Under the pieces are notes generated by a model. That model saw only the letters and a list, made by a program, of their open reading frames with translations, searched no databases and was not told the DNA's origin. From Trichosphaerium sp. ATCC 40318 (taxonomy: Eukaryota; Protista; Tubulinea): DNA of 64,000 bases. The stretch lies in NCBI GenBank assembly GCA_038496445.1, contig JALMLS010000304.1, forward strand, positions 186,001-250,000. Direction: 5' to 3'. The first letter of the stretch is position 1; the number at the start of each line of letters is the position of its first letter. Below are positions 10,636 to 29,276 of the stretch, in pieces. The position numbers were made by a program, and so were the translations under genes.

Positions 10636-13168
10636 ATGGGCCCTTTTTTGGCCTTCATCTGGCTCGCAGGTTTTGTGGGCCTCATTGTTATGTTGTTCTT
10701 GTATTTAGAGAACGAGGGCTATAGAAACCACTATAGTTCGGTAAGATTACTAATCCATTTAACGTTTAATTTAATAAACAGCGCTACGCAAGGTACAGAG
10801 ATACCCTCGCATGGGATAAGTCCGCATACGCGGAATTACAAGATAGAGTAAGTTTTTGCGTTAATTTATTTGTTTGACGCTCAAACTGTGCAGCTTTGCA
10901 ATGAAAACCCCGGTGTCCATAACCTTAGAGTATTTATTGGTACATGGAATGTTGGTGCGTAACGCTTACTACAAAAAGATCTGCCTGTTATCAATACACT
11001 CTCTAATACGTGTAGGTGATAATGCGCCAGCTAATGACAAGCTCGGGGAGTGGATTCAAAAAGACTACGATATATACGCTATAAGCGCTCAGGTACGCGT
11101 TAATTACGCATCAGAAACACATAAAAAACGTCATATTTGTCAGTATTTTATAAAAGGTAAGTAGCCGGCTAAACCTTATAGGAGTGCGCATACCCGCCGC
11201 GAGGCCATTCAACAATTAACAAGGACTGGATTGCAGCTATTCGTGCATTTTTTAAACAAAACGGTCAGCGCTATAAACTGGTTGACACTATAGACTTGCG
11301 TGAAGCTATTAGGCTCAGCGTATGGATAAAGGTAAACATTACATTTGAATCACAACGCACGAAAATAAAAAGGAGAAACTTGAAACTTCTGAATTTCTCA
11401 AGTTTTCTCCTTTTTTTCATATTTTCTCGCTTGGGAGGCTTCCTTTTCATTCTTTTTCTATAGGCAGATCTACGCCCACTTGTCAGTAATGTTCAAAGAG
11501 ATAAAATTGCAACAAAGTTTCCAGTATTATGGCGTAAAGGTGGTACAGGCACGTTCATATTTTTTTGGGCTGTTTTTACCTACTGGCTGACACGTGATAT
11601 GTTAGCTATCAAGTTCGATTTTTTATCAACTTCAATGCTCTTTGTAAATGCACATTTTACCGCTCATCAACACAATATTACTTCACGTAATAACGATGCT
11701 CAAATGATTATGAGAAAGATACGTCTTGGAAATAAGAATTTTGATATGGGTAACCAGTTTAATTATGTGTTCTGGTACGTTCATACAATATTACAGTTTT
11801 TTCAACATGTTGCTTATTCACATTTTCATAGGTGTGGTGATCTTAATTATAGAATTGAAATGGATAAAGAAAAAGCTCTTAACCTTATAGACAATGCACA
11901 ATGGACAGATCTTGAAAAACATGATCAACTAATGTAAGTCTATCAGTTTTTTATTTTTTTACAGACTAACCTCATACTTGTAGTAATCAAATGCGTGAAA
12001 ATAATGTACTGGATTCATTTGTTGAGCAACCTATCCGGTTTCACCCAACATATAAGTGGAAGAGGAACAAAGGTAATATTATTTGTACAATAAGAAAAAA
12101 AAACGTAGCCTTAATAACAAACTTAAGGTGATTACGACAGAAAAGCACCTCGTGTCCCAGCTTGGTGTGATCGAGTATTATCAAAAACACTTAAAGGCAG
12201 TCATATAAAACCAATAGCGTATGACGCTGTTACAACAATGCTCACTAGGTGATTATCTGTAAACTTTTTTTTTAATTGATGTTTGTTACTTACTTTTTGT
12301 TATCAAAAGTGATCACCTCGCTGTGTGGGCTGGTTATGAAATACAAGCAGAAAATATATTCTATAGTATTGGTAAGATTATTAACTACGCTAACTTACAT
12401 TGTTAACAATTAATACAATAGGACAAGATAGCCATGAATACACTATTGACTTTTCAACAATCGAAGTAAATTTGAACGAGAAAATATCTTACTCAAAGAA
12501 AAATCCAAAACAAGAACATGTTGTGATATGTGCACCATTCCTAAAAGAGACTCAAAGCACTTGCAATGTACGTAAAACAAACACAAAACCTTAAAAATAT
12601 CCATCAAAAAGAAATACAAACAAAACACTAAAACGACCTTTGTAGCCATCAAACACTATTACACAAGATACAAGTCTTACTGCAATAACATGTAGACTTA
12701 CTGAACAAGCTATTTCGAAACAATACTTATACCTTGTTGTTTATCGTAATACAAAAGAGTCAAAGACAGAAATATTAAAAGGTACTGGTTTTCCTTCTTT
12801 TATCTTGCTTTTTTTTTTTCTGTTTTTGTTTTATGCGCGATACTATAGCGATTACATAGAGTTATTGTATCTGTCTACACGTCGCGCTATATTAAATATA
12901 GAAGGTGGTGTTTGCAAGATAATTTAGTTCACTTTATCTTGCCATAGAAACCTTCTAAACATTTTTTTCTGAATGACAAGAAAATGCTCTGTTTTACTTT
13001 ATTGAAAAACAAAAAAAACTGACTTCTTGCTTTCTTTTTGTAGGTGATGCACCGCTGTTTTTAGGTGATTTAGTAAACAAACCAAATATGTCAATGTCTC
13101 TTGATGTTTATGAAGGTGGTCTTGTAGTTGGGTCTATTTTAGTTCGTGCCACATTGACACCAATATGA
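10636..13168 (+). CDS. Inositol polyphosphate 5-phosphatase with N-terminal hydrophobic anchor
   Basis: FIGTWNVG, ISAQE, FVNAHFTAH, WCGDLNYRI, FHPTYK, PAWCDRVL, SDHLAV. Confidence 0.9.
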
Positions 13169-13647
13169 ACGAGATGGCGTCCCACAAATGTTGTAAAAAA
13201 AAAACCCAAAAGGTGGTTGTCTATCTTCGAAAATAAACCGATTGGAGAATGCTGTACCCTTTTGTTTTTTTCTTATTTAATTGAGGAAATTTTGTTATGG
13301 TAACAAGGCGCTTTGTAGTGCAATAACATCAAGTCATAACTCTGATAGATATTTGCAAAACGCGCCTTGACTCTCTGTCAATCAGAACTAGATGATTTGG
13401 CTGAAGAACCTGGAGGAAACGTTTGCATTCAGAGGGTTTTCGTACCTACCTGGATTTCAGGAAGTTGAAAAAGTTGCATCAAGAAAGGAATGTGACAAGT
13501 TTGGATTTGAAAAGGAAAGACTGAATTACGAGTTCTGATAACGTATAAACACAAATTTTAGAGTAATAACGACTATATACAGGTGCTGAACAATGAAACC
13601 TGGCGTTTAAGAATTACAAAAACAATAAAGAAACGAACTAGTATATA

Positions 13648-18960
<5,313 letters not shown>

Positions 18961-19360
18961 TAGTGTATTTAAATGGACTACAAACACTGCAATATTAATA
19001 ACATGTACAAATTGTATTAAACTAAACAAATCAGTATTAAATTACTGATGTATTAAATAACACCTTTCAAACCGCTGTGACGACTTTTTTTTTTATGAAA
19101 ACCATTTTTTTTTTACAAAACTTGTGTTTTGATTTCTTGTTCACAAAATGGACACTACTTTGATCTAGTTTGCTCTTTGGGATCACATCAATAAGGGCTA
19201 CACGTACATGTTAATGACGCGTGGTAATATCTACGAAAAACCGAGAAAAAGCGTTGACTTGAACTTCTGAAAGTTGTTTTTTTCATTTCGGTTCTTTCAA
19301 CTCAAAGTTGGCATATTGAACTTTTTTTGAGCCGTTATAGGTTCTATTAATGAATTAACA

Positions 19361-22300
19361 ATGGCAGCAGTAGGTGAGACTAATTAAAAGATACTTTAAA
19401 TCGAGTTTAGGATATTTTTTTTCAAAATAAAAAAATTCCTTCCCTTGGAAACATAACATTGACAAAGCACGTGAACGGCTATTAGTATTTACCAAATTTC
19501 GTAGGTTTTCCTCATTACGAAAGCAGTACTCCACCTAATCATTCCCCCACTCAAGCAAGACCAGTTCATCAAATGAATAGAGGAGCTATAACAGACGAAG
19601 AGTATGGTGGCTTACCACCACCAAGACAGATCACAAAAGCTGCGTCTACAGCAATACGCATTGAAAGCCCAGTCACGCCAGTAAATCCTTTCTTATCTGA
19701 TGTAAACACGTCTAAAACGCGAAAAAACCAAAGCCTTGTGGTTGAAGATGAATATGGTGTAGTACCTAAACCAACAGGTACACTTAGGGGTAAGAGTAAG
19801 AGCAAGAAACAAAAAAACAAACGAAGCAAGGCTCGCAAATTACAAAAACAAAAAAACGTAAAACACATTACATTTGATGCTGCTGCTCTCAGAAAGCAGC
19901 CAAAAACTCTAAGAAAGTCAGGCAGCTCTTCAGAGTATGATGAACTTCCAGCATTAGATATTGACGAAGAATCATCACCTGCAAAAGTAATACCATCGAA
20001 CGGTACGATAACAAAAATCAAAAAATCAAACGAAAAAAAAAAAATTAACAGCCACATTTTAAAAAAACGCGTTTAGAAAAACAAAATCACGTGATTTATT
20101 TTTTTCGTAAATTGCTCCTTTTTTTTAAATGGAAAAACGGAGGATTAGAACACTGCGCTGTGCAGTGTTTGTTTTTGTCAAAATAGAGCAAAAAAAAACC
20201 CAAAAAAAAATACAGACCAAGATAGAAACGTCTCTAAATTCCACGTGTTTTATACTGCTCGGAGTTGACCTAATTGTTTTATTTTGTTTTTTTTTTTGGC
20301 TTATTTTTAAATTACAGCGAATGCATCTCTGGACTTTGGTGATGATGACGATTACGGATATATACCAGTATCAGAACCAGGACAGTCTCCAGGACAGTCG
20401 CCAGACGAAAAGCCACTCAGCGGATCCTCGAACGCAATTTCTTCATCCGCGCCTCCACTCCATTTGAAGTCTTCGTCAGAGCGACCATTCTTTCCAGATA
20501 ACGAATACGGTGCTCTACCACCACCATCAAACTGGAGCGCTGGAGGATCTAATGAATCTTCTTCTCCTAAAGTCGAAGTATCTGAGGTATCTATTGATGA
20601 ATACGGTGCTCTACCTCCTCCAAGAGCAGTAACGCCTAAAGCCAATAGCCCATCGAAAAAAGCATCAAAAAAGAACAAGAACAAGAAACAACAACAACTA
20701 CAACAACTACCCCCATCCCCTCAAAAAAGGCCAACAGCACCAAATCCAATCACTGAAGACGAGTACGGAGCATTACCACCGCCAAAGAGAACAGAATCCA
20801 CGGCATCCACAAAATCAACAAGATCCTCCAAGCTTTCTCAATCAGCAAAATCTAGCACTAGACCTCTTGCTGTTGCCGATGCGGATCACGATGAATACGG
20901 GCCCTTACCAAAACAAACGAATTCTTTGAGTTTGAGGGTTAAGAAGAGTAAACCAGCGACACCAGACAATCAATACGGTACACTACCGCCAAAAGGAAAA
21001 AAGCGAAAAACGAACAATGGAAACTACAACACTTTACAAGCTGGTGTTGGAAGTTCGTTTAAAGCTAGACGTCCTTCTGCGCTTGTTCAAAACGATGAGT
21101 ACGGGAACCTTCCTCCAATGTCAAAAAAGAAGTGGAAGAAACAAAACAGGCTGTCCAGAGTAACTATCGGAACAAAAGGATCCTCACCTCCTCAAAGTTC
21201 CCCTCCGAAGATATCTACAAGACCTCCTGGTACTCCACCAACTGTACGTGCCAGTGCGCCGCCTTCTGCGCCTCGTTCAGTTCCTGTAGAAGATGAATAT
21301 GGTCCAGTAGTAGGTACGATTGATGAAGAAAACGGACCTCCTCCTGAACTTCCTGAAAGAAATAAAAAATCACTAGCGGTTTCTGTTCAAGAGATAGCAA
21401 ATGCTATTCCTTTATCATTTGGTGGCGGTTATGAAGATCCAAGCGCACTCGCAGAGTATATACCACCGAGTAAATTACGAAAAACAGCTGCACAAAAGCA
21501 GAAGCTAGAAGATCAACAAAGAAAGAATGTTCCTCAACAAACGGCGACTGCACCTGTACCTATACCACGACAACTTTCATCTCCGAAAATAGTAGTTAAG
21601 AAACAACAACAGGCGTCTCCAAAGGAAAGAAAGCCAAAGTCAAATGCTGTTAACAAGAACAAAGCAAAACCATCACCAACATTAACAAAGAAATCTACAG
21701 GACACCGTATGATTATTCGTAAGGATCGGATACTCGTAAAAATACATAACGAGAATGATTGGATGTGGGTTCAAGCTGTAGTATCATTGAATGCTACTAT
21801 ATTGTTATTGGATGTATACGTAAGCACTTTTCTCCACGTGACCGGAAAAACTTTCAAAAACAAACATTTCGGCCAAAAATACAACGTGCATTTTTTCTTC
21901 GCCTTCTAAAAAACTCTCACGTGATTTTAATTTCATTTTTTTCGCTTCTTTTTTATTGCTTAATTGCGCCCTTTTGATATTTTCGGTCAAATAGAATTAA
22001 TTATAACCATACCACTAAGTAACCATTGAACACTGGTTTTTGTCAAGGGATTCTTTTGCTTATTGGTTATTTTAGACAAATAATGTTATTCGGAAATTTC
22101 ACCTTACAGCAGCTTCTGTTTATCCTATTGATAAGAAGACAGGGAAGAAATTAAATTCAAAGAAGCCACCTTCAACTGTTCCAAGTGGATGCGTCTTCCA
22201 CAAAAATGCAGCAATTTTTACAGTCAGGTTCAAGTCCAAGAAAAGTACGCCACAAAGTTGCTTGGTTTTTTTTGTTTTGCTAAGTTCGTTTTTGCTTTAG

Positions 22301-24388
22301 AATTACTTCACTTCTGGAGTTGTCCTGAGGAAATTAATGCCTGGATGAAGGACATACAGGATATGACTGCGCCTAGACCAAAAGCAGAAAAGGTAAGTAC
22401 CGCTTCGCGTCGAACAAGAAAACTGAATTAAAACGATTTAAAACGAAGGTACTCATTTTTTTATTTAAGGAAAACCGTGCTTTGAGACGACTTGATGAGA
22501 CAGCGAGAAGTACTGGAGCGATTAATGGCATGCTTAAGGTAAGTTATTAATATTTTTAATGGCGGTGTACCAGTTTTAACGGAGACGCGGCGTTTAGGAT
22601 ATTGGTGTTGGAGCTCTTGATAAAAATAGGTGGAAAATCGCTGAGGAAGATCTTACAACTCTAAATGAAATTGGACAAGGCGCTTTTGGTGTTGTTTACG
22701 TCGGTAAGTGTCCTGTGCACTATCTATGTTGTTTGAGTTTGTTTTTATAAAAATAGGCGACGATGAACGCAAAACTTTTTAACTGTTTTTTATTTGCTCG
22801 TGATCTTTTTTTAACGAGATTTTTCTATCGCCCAAATTTGGATAGATAATCACACATTCGAGCGCACTTTGCCTATCTTCCGAACTCTATTACACTTTCT
22901 TTTTATTTCTTGTTTATCTTTTCAACAAAGGTCTTCTGTGGGCTTAAGCTCAACGATTTTATATTTCTCTAATATTATTTTAGGAAGATATAAGCTTGAA
23001 ACAGTTGTTATAAAGAAGTGTACACAGAAAGACGAAAAGGCGAATGAAAGTTTTATTAGAGAATGTGTAACAATGGTAGATATGAAACCTCATCCAAACG
23101 TTGTACAAGTAAGCAGGACGAACCGAACCCTCTTTGTTTGTGACTTTTTTACTTTTCGGTGGAAACAAGTGGTCACGTGCTTACAATGGTTTTTCCTTTG
23201 TAGATTTACGGTGTTTGTATTCACCAAAATTCGTTGGAATGTGACATGGTTATGGAGCATGTTCAATTTGGTAGTTTAGACACTGTTTTGTATGGTACGT
23301 CCTTATTTTATTTTTTGTTTATTTTTTTGCTTGAAACATAGACTCATCGAAGCAATATTTAGGTAACACACCATTGAATGAGAAAACAATATGGCATTTT
23401 CTTAAAGGAATAAGTAAGTTTGACTTTTGTGCCAATAACGCAGAGCTAATACTTGTTTAAGTTGAAGGAATCATTCATATTCACAATGCCAACCTTGTTC
23501 ACTGCGATATTGCCGCAAGTACGAAACACTCATATACACTATAAGTCTTATACTAATGGTTCGAACCAAAAAGGAAATGTACTTATAGGAAGGGATGACG
23601 TTCCAAAAATATCGGTAAGCATGCGCAACAACAGAACGTTGTTTTTTATTTTGATTTCTATCCAAAAAGTTTTTCTGTAAAACCGAAAAAAAATTATTTT
23701 GTTGGACGTCCAGACGACTTGCACGTTTTATTTTATTTTTAACACCTTCCCTAGGATTTTGGTATGTCGAGATCATTCTCTCGTAAAGGAACAGAGCAAA
23801 TTGAAGGTGATGGTAAATACGCAATCAGATGGATGAGCCCTGAAGCTATTGATAAAATATTCACAGTACGTAGTTCTTTTGTTAATGTTAGAGCACTACA
23901 GGTAATTCTAATAATCCTTCTTAGCCACAATCTGATATTTGGGCGTTTGGGTACAAATCAAGTTTTTGAGATATTTGTATTTTTCCTATCTTTCTTGTAT
24001 CTTCTTGTCCTCTTGCTGATTGCTTATCACTGTATTAGGGTTTTAATGTATGAAGTACTTGTAAGGGAAAAACCACATTTGGGAATCCCAATTAATGGTA
24101 CACCGAAAACACGTGCTAAATTCTTTTATTTCTTACACAGTTTGTTTTCTTGTTAGATTTATGCATTATGATAAGAGATGATGCTTTACGCCCAAGTATT
24201 CCTGATGGCGTATGGGTGAATGCTGAATATAGACGTATGTAGTATTTAATTGTTTAGCAAATCTAGCGCTAACTGATTTATTTGACATAGGTATAATGGA
24301 TCTATGCTGGCAAAAGGAACCTAAGGACCGACAAAAACTTAGCACAACTCTATTAACTCTAAAAAAGCACCAAAAACAATTTTACTAA
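19361..24388 (+). CDS. Non-receptor tyrosine-kinase-type kinase with Tyr/Pro repeat region and PH-like domain
   Basis: IGQGAFGVVY, HPNVVQ, spliced catalytic loop HCDIAARNVL (intron 23519-23573), DFGMSR, AIRWMSPEA; PH-like end EEINAWMKDI; repeated EYGxLP. Confidence 0.82.
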
Positions 24389-24654
24389 ATCACTGCTTCT
24401 GCACGTGTTTTCGCTCACTCAAAGCAAAAAAACTGATTAAAAATCCTGGAGGCAGATAAAAAAATCCAAGAAGCGTAAAGTTGTATCAAGGATAAAACGC
24501 AATGTACACTAAAATTTTATTACAAATAAAAAAAAAAACCACAACAAATTTTTTGAGGTTCGTTTATCAGGGACTAAGTCCCTTGGAGCTATATATACAA
24601 TTCGTTGTAATTGCGCAGGATATAATACTATATTAAGAGGTGCTTTAAGGTTGT

Positions 24655-25920
24655 CTATTTCTTTGTCACAACAAAGTAGATGCCAACACCAATGCCAACT
24701 AATATCAAGAAGAGAACAATATCACAACAAAAACTACGAGAATTTCTGACTTTCTCTATCTGGTCTTTAAGTTGCCTATTCAAGCTATGAATATGAGCAA
24801 GCGCTGAGTCTGCTCTGTTGTCTAAATCTTCCAAAATCAATTCTTGCTCAGCCAACTCCTAAAAAAGAAATATCACATTTTTTTCAAGTTTTTTGGACTG
24901 TCTGTCGCATCGTTTTTGACGAAAGTCGAATTCTGATGACGTTGCCGTACATCTTTCATGTCAATCGCTATGCCATGTAACATATCTACACCTTTTTCGA
25001 TATCAGCAAGTCCTTCATCGATAAGTTTATCATTCTCTATCAGTAACTGAAATTGTGGATCATCAATATCCGCTAAAATAGGGACTTCACATTCAGAACC
25101 AGATTGCTCTCCTACACTGTACAAGTCTGAATCAGACGACTCTAAAGTGCAGTTAGTAATAATCAGCCTAACTTGAACAAGGTATGGCATAACACCAGCA
25201 AGAGCTAGAACAAAAAACTATAAGTCGTACCAAATAGTCCTTTGTTTTGAACTCTCATAGCTTCAATGTCATCTATTTCCTTCATATGTGTCCAAGTTAG
25301 TTTGACAATAGCTTCTTCAACATTTAAAGACTTTTGTTGCTCTGGCGTTAGTTTCTTCTACAAGGTTGAAGGTAAGCACTACAAGTAATAATTTTACCAA
25401 AAAAAAAAACAGGTTTTTGAGAATTTCGGTGTCTTTTCATCAAACAAAGCGTCACTTACTTTTTTTAGCAGTTTTTTTTTACGTTTTAGTTGCACACGTT
25501 CTAATTCTTGCGCTTGACCTTTTATATCTTTAATAAGACTTCTACAATAAGCGCTTTTCTTAGCAAAAGCTCTATCATCCTGTTTTCGGCGTTTTAGTAT
25601 TTATTGGGTTATAGAATGAATTACCTTGCCAATGAGCGCGTTTCTATCTTCTAGAGCCTAACGTTGCGTTATTTTAAAGCAAATAAACCGAATTCTCCAC
25701 TAACTGATCTAACTTCGCGAACTTCTTGTGCAACGCGTCTTTTAAGTATAGTGAATGGATCTAGGTTAACTTCTGCTTCTTCTTGCCTCTTTTTATCTCT
25801 GGAAAAGATCAATACATTCTAAATACGTCCAACACAATACCTGAGCTCCGCTGTTTCATTATCAATACGCCTTAAAACGGCTAAAAAAGGCGCAAGCTCT
25901 CGTTTTTCCTTTTTCCCCAT
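24655..25920 (-). CDS. Qc-SNARE of SYP7 (SYP71-like) type
   Basis: SNARE helix IDEGLADIEKGVDMLHGIAIDMK...QELILEDLD and C-terminal anchor RNSRSFCCDIVLFLILVGIGVGIY, resembling the SYP7 tail. Confidence 0.82.
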
Positions 25921-26270
25921 TTTGGTTGATTCAAGAAGCACATTACTTAGTTAGTTAAGCAAGCACTCGGAAAATGACATTGTAATGTTCTCAAACTACT
26001 AATACTACTATACTAAACTCTTTGGGTCAATGTTCTTTCAATAAATGACCAGTAAAGCCTTTCACCAACAGCAGAATGCACGTGGTGCAACTGTTCACTC
26101 GAGTTTCTTTTATCCATTGCACAAATGCCACACCTCCTATTCCAACGAACCGTTTTTAGAAGCCTTAGGTCGCGTTACTAAACGTAAGATTGCTATGTTT
26201 CAGAGCTCTCAACAAAAAAGAGAAATAAAACGGATTGATACTTGTTGCCAAACAAAAAAACTCAATTAAT

Positions 26271-27494
26271 TTACAATTTAGCACGAGGTACTATGCCTTC
26301 TGCCTCCAATATATGTGAATGTATCGCACTAAAAACAACTAAGAGAATACTCCAAACCTGTTAGTTTACCTATTAAACTCCTTTGATCTCTCAATATGAA
26401 TCATATGACCAGCACCTATAACAGACATTAAACACCAAACAAATTATTTCCTCATCAAGAGTTAGTTACCTTTAAAAACTTCGAATCTCTTTGGCTTCAG
26501 AACACTGCTTAGATAGTGCGTGTTTTTTGGGTTAACTAAAAGGTCCTTTGTACCAGTGAGAAGCAGAATAGGTATACCAGAATCTCTTAAAGTTACTAAT
26601 CTATCATGTGATACGTAATGACGAACTACTGCCAATGACTGACCAACAAGTCCAGTGAATGATACTCGCGATTGTTTAACAACAGTATCCATATATGAAA
26701 TAGTAATCAAATCCTGTCTATCATTGAACTTGAATGTCTCTTGTAAGAACTCTTGAGAGAAATTTAATTTCGCAAAAGCATGAGCTTCAATAACATTTGT
26801 TGGAGCTAGAGCAAATACACCACAATAAAACAGCCCTTGTAGAGGAGGTATAGCGTATAACCCACCTTAGTTGTTAATCAGCGTAGGACTTGGTATGTTG
26901 AGATGTACCTGCATGCGTGACTGCAAGCGTAAGCGATAAGATGCGTTTAGGGATCATCAGCGAGAGTTCTGTTGCAATCATACCTTCACAAGTTTTTGTT
27001 AACTCAATTTCTTGATCACGTGCTTTTTCGAAGGACTTTAGTGGTTTTTTTTCTTCACTACGCACCTCCCATTGATAGACCAACCTAAAAAGGTTGTTAG
27101 ATGTTTTTGGGGGTTTTTCAAACGTACCAAGTGGAATCTGTCCCATTTTATTACGGATAGCAAGTTTAGTGCGTCACGAGCCATTTGCGTTGTGCTGTAG
27201 CTTTTTTAACTCGACGGGTTATTAATTTAGAAATAGAATCACCTGTAAGGCGGCATTGTACAACCAGTAAGTCCTGAACCTCTATTATCGAATATACACA
27301 CTGTAAAACGTTTGTCTCTTTTAAAAAACCTCAATTGCTTCTCCCAAAGCCTACAACTAGTAGCAAGTCCTATAAAAAACACTTAACAACACTCTCAAGC
27401 TTTTTATAGTACCAATCACAAGTACAACTCTAATAGGGCCGCTCCCAATGATCTCGTAGTACATTTTGAGGCCTTTAACATTTACAACGGACAT
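26271..27494 (-). CDS. Alpha/beta hydrolase, probably peroxisomal
   Basis: FDNRGSG, nucleophile elbow VGLSMGG, GTKDLLV, AGHMI; ends ...PRAKL* (PTS1-type). Confidence 0.85.
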
Positions 27495-27663
27495 TGTATT
27501 GCTTTGATGTACAAAGAAAGTAGTATTCGGCGTTTTCTTGCTTTTTCAATCAGATCGTTCCACGCAAGTTTTGAAGCCAGAGTACGTGACACGACATAAC
27601 TGTCACTACACTCTTACCTCCATAGTTTGAATGAACAATTTTTTTTCATTTTTTTTTTCAAGT

Positions 27664-29171
27664 TTACAAAAAGTTTTTAGTACGAGAATTACTTCTGTAC
27701 ATGCGTAAAGCCCATTCATCTTGTGCTTCCTTCATTTCTAATGTTCCTAATTTGATTTTGTACATTTGCATCTCAAATCGAGGTCCTACTTCCTCTAGCT
27801 CTATTTCTTTTGGTGGTACTTTTTTGTACATGTGGTGTCTACAAGAGGTTAAGTATAAACGGGCGAAAGATGCTCCTTGAGAGGAGAAACAAGGCAAAAA
27901 AAAAGGAAAAAAAGGTTCTATCTTATTTGTTGTGTACCTGACTGAGATAAAGTCGTCATTGTTAATAAAGCTTATAATTCTTGCGCTGTCCTCGCTAGGT
28001 ACTGGAAAAAGGTATTTGAGAATAGTTTGAACACGTTCTCCCAATTTTGTATTAAATCCGTGAAAGACAAGGTGTGGGTATTGTTGTGGTGCGTGTGGAA
28101 TGCCCTATTTACAAACATTTAGTATATTCTACATACAAAAGGGGTTTTACATTGCTGCATTCACATTATTCGAGTTATTACGAAAAACAAACAAAAAAGG
28201 CAATGTTTGTTGTAATTTCTTTTCGTTTTGTTTTTGGACGTACCATGATTTGATGACGTGTGACAGCATTGTATAGAGTGAAATATATTGTAGGTCCAAG
28301 AGGTAGATGTGATACTATAATTGAGTCTGGTACACCCTTTGAACCACCAACCTAATATAAAGATTAAAACAAAAAAAACAATTTTGGATTTTAATGCAAA
28401 GTGTCAAAATGTAGATGTCAACTGACTGACACATTGCGCTCAAAGCTTCAAAAATGATCATCCACCAAAAAAGGCATAAAACACTTACAATAACTAGATC
28501 TGTTACAGCATGTTTACGACACGTTTCAGCAAGCTGCTTGGCACCAATTTTACCTCTATTAATTTGTTATTACCTTTCTATGTCATTTTACAAGAGTAAC
28601 ACTATTTACCTGTTTATTGTCATTGCGTTAGGTATAATAAGAGATAATTCTTTCGCGAATTGACGCATTTTGCGTCTAGCAAAAAATGATGTTGTGATTA
28701 AAACCTAGTTTACAGTTAGTTTTTATAGCCCTGTGAGCGCAGGTTGAGTACTTTTGGGTCTGTTAAACCTGCAAGGGCGTATTCGTCGTCCAAGTTTGGC
28801 GCAAGCTTTAAAGGGTCAATACGCGTTATTATGGGTATCTACTTACGTCCATAGTGCGTTGATCGTCATATTTAATTTCTTTTGCAAGTTGTTCTGCTTC
28901 TCGGGCCAAATTACCAGGGATAGGTTTTCCATCTATGATTTAATGGTGAGAAACACAATACAGCTTAATTGGCTAATTTGTAAATAATGTATTTTCTTGG
29001 TTGAGAAATTACCAATATGCGACCTCACACATTTTTTGAGAGCGTATAGTACGTACCAGCGAGTGATTCGCGTATTTTTCTCTTTTTCTCGTACAATTCA
29101 CTCTCTTGTCCTTGTAGGGACCTTCTATGAATATATTCTCGCCTTTGACGAGCCAAACGACGCGTTTCCAT
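27664..29171 (-). CDS. IMP4: U3 snoRNP protein IMP4 (Brix domain)
   Basis: METRRLARQRREYIHRRS, DDEYA, SHLPLGPTIYFTLYN, EVGPRFEMQMYKIKLGTLE. Confidence 0.93.
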
Positions 29172-29276
29172 TGGATTTATGTTAAAGTAAAAAAATGGCT
29201 CGTTGACAACAATTGAACAATTTCACTTGTTTCGTTCTCAGAACTACTTGTCACATGCGTACGCAATAACGAGTAC

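Noticed and set aside
19569-20684. Minus-strand ORFs of 162 and 110 aa
   Set aside because: Antisense to the Pro/Ser-rich kinase exons, with no independent motifs.
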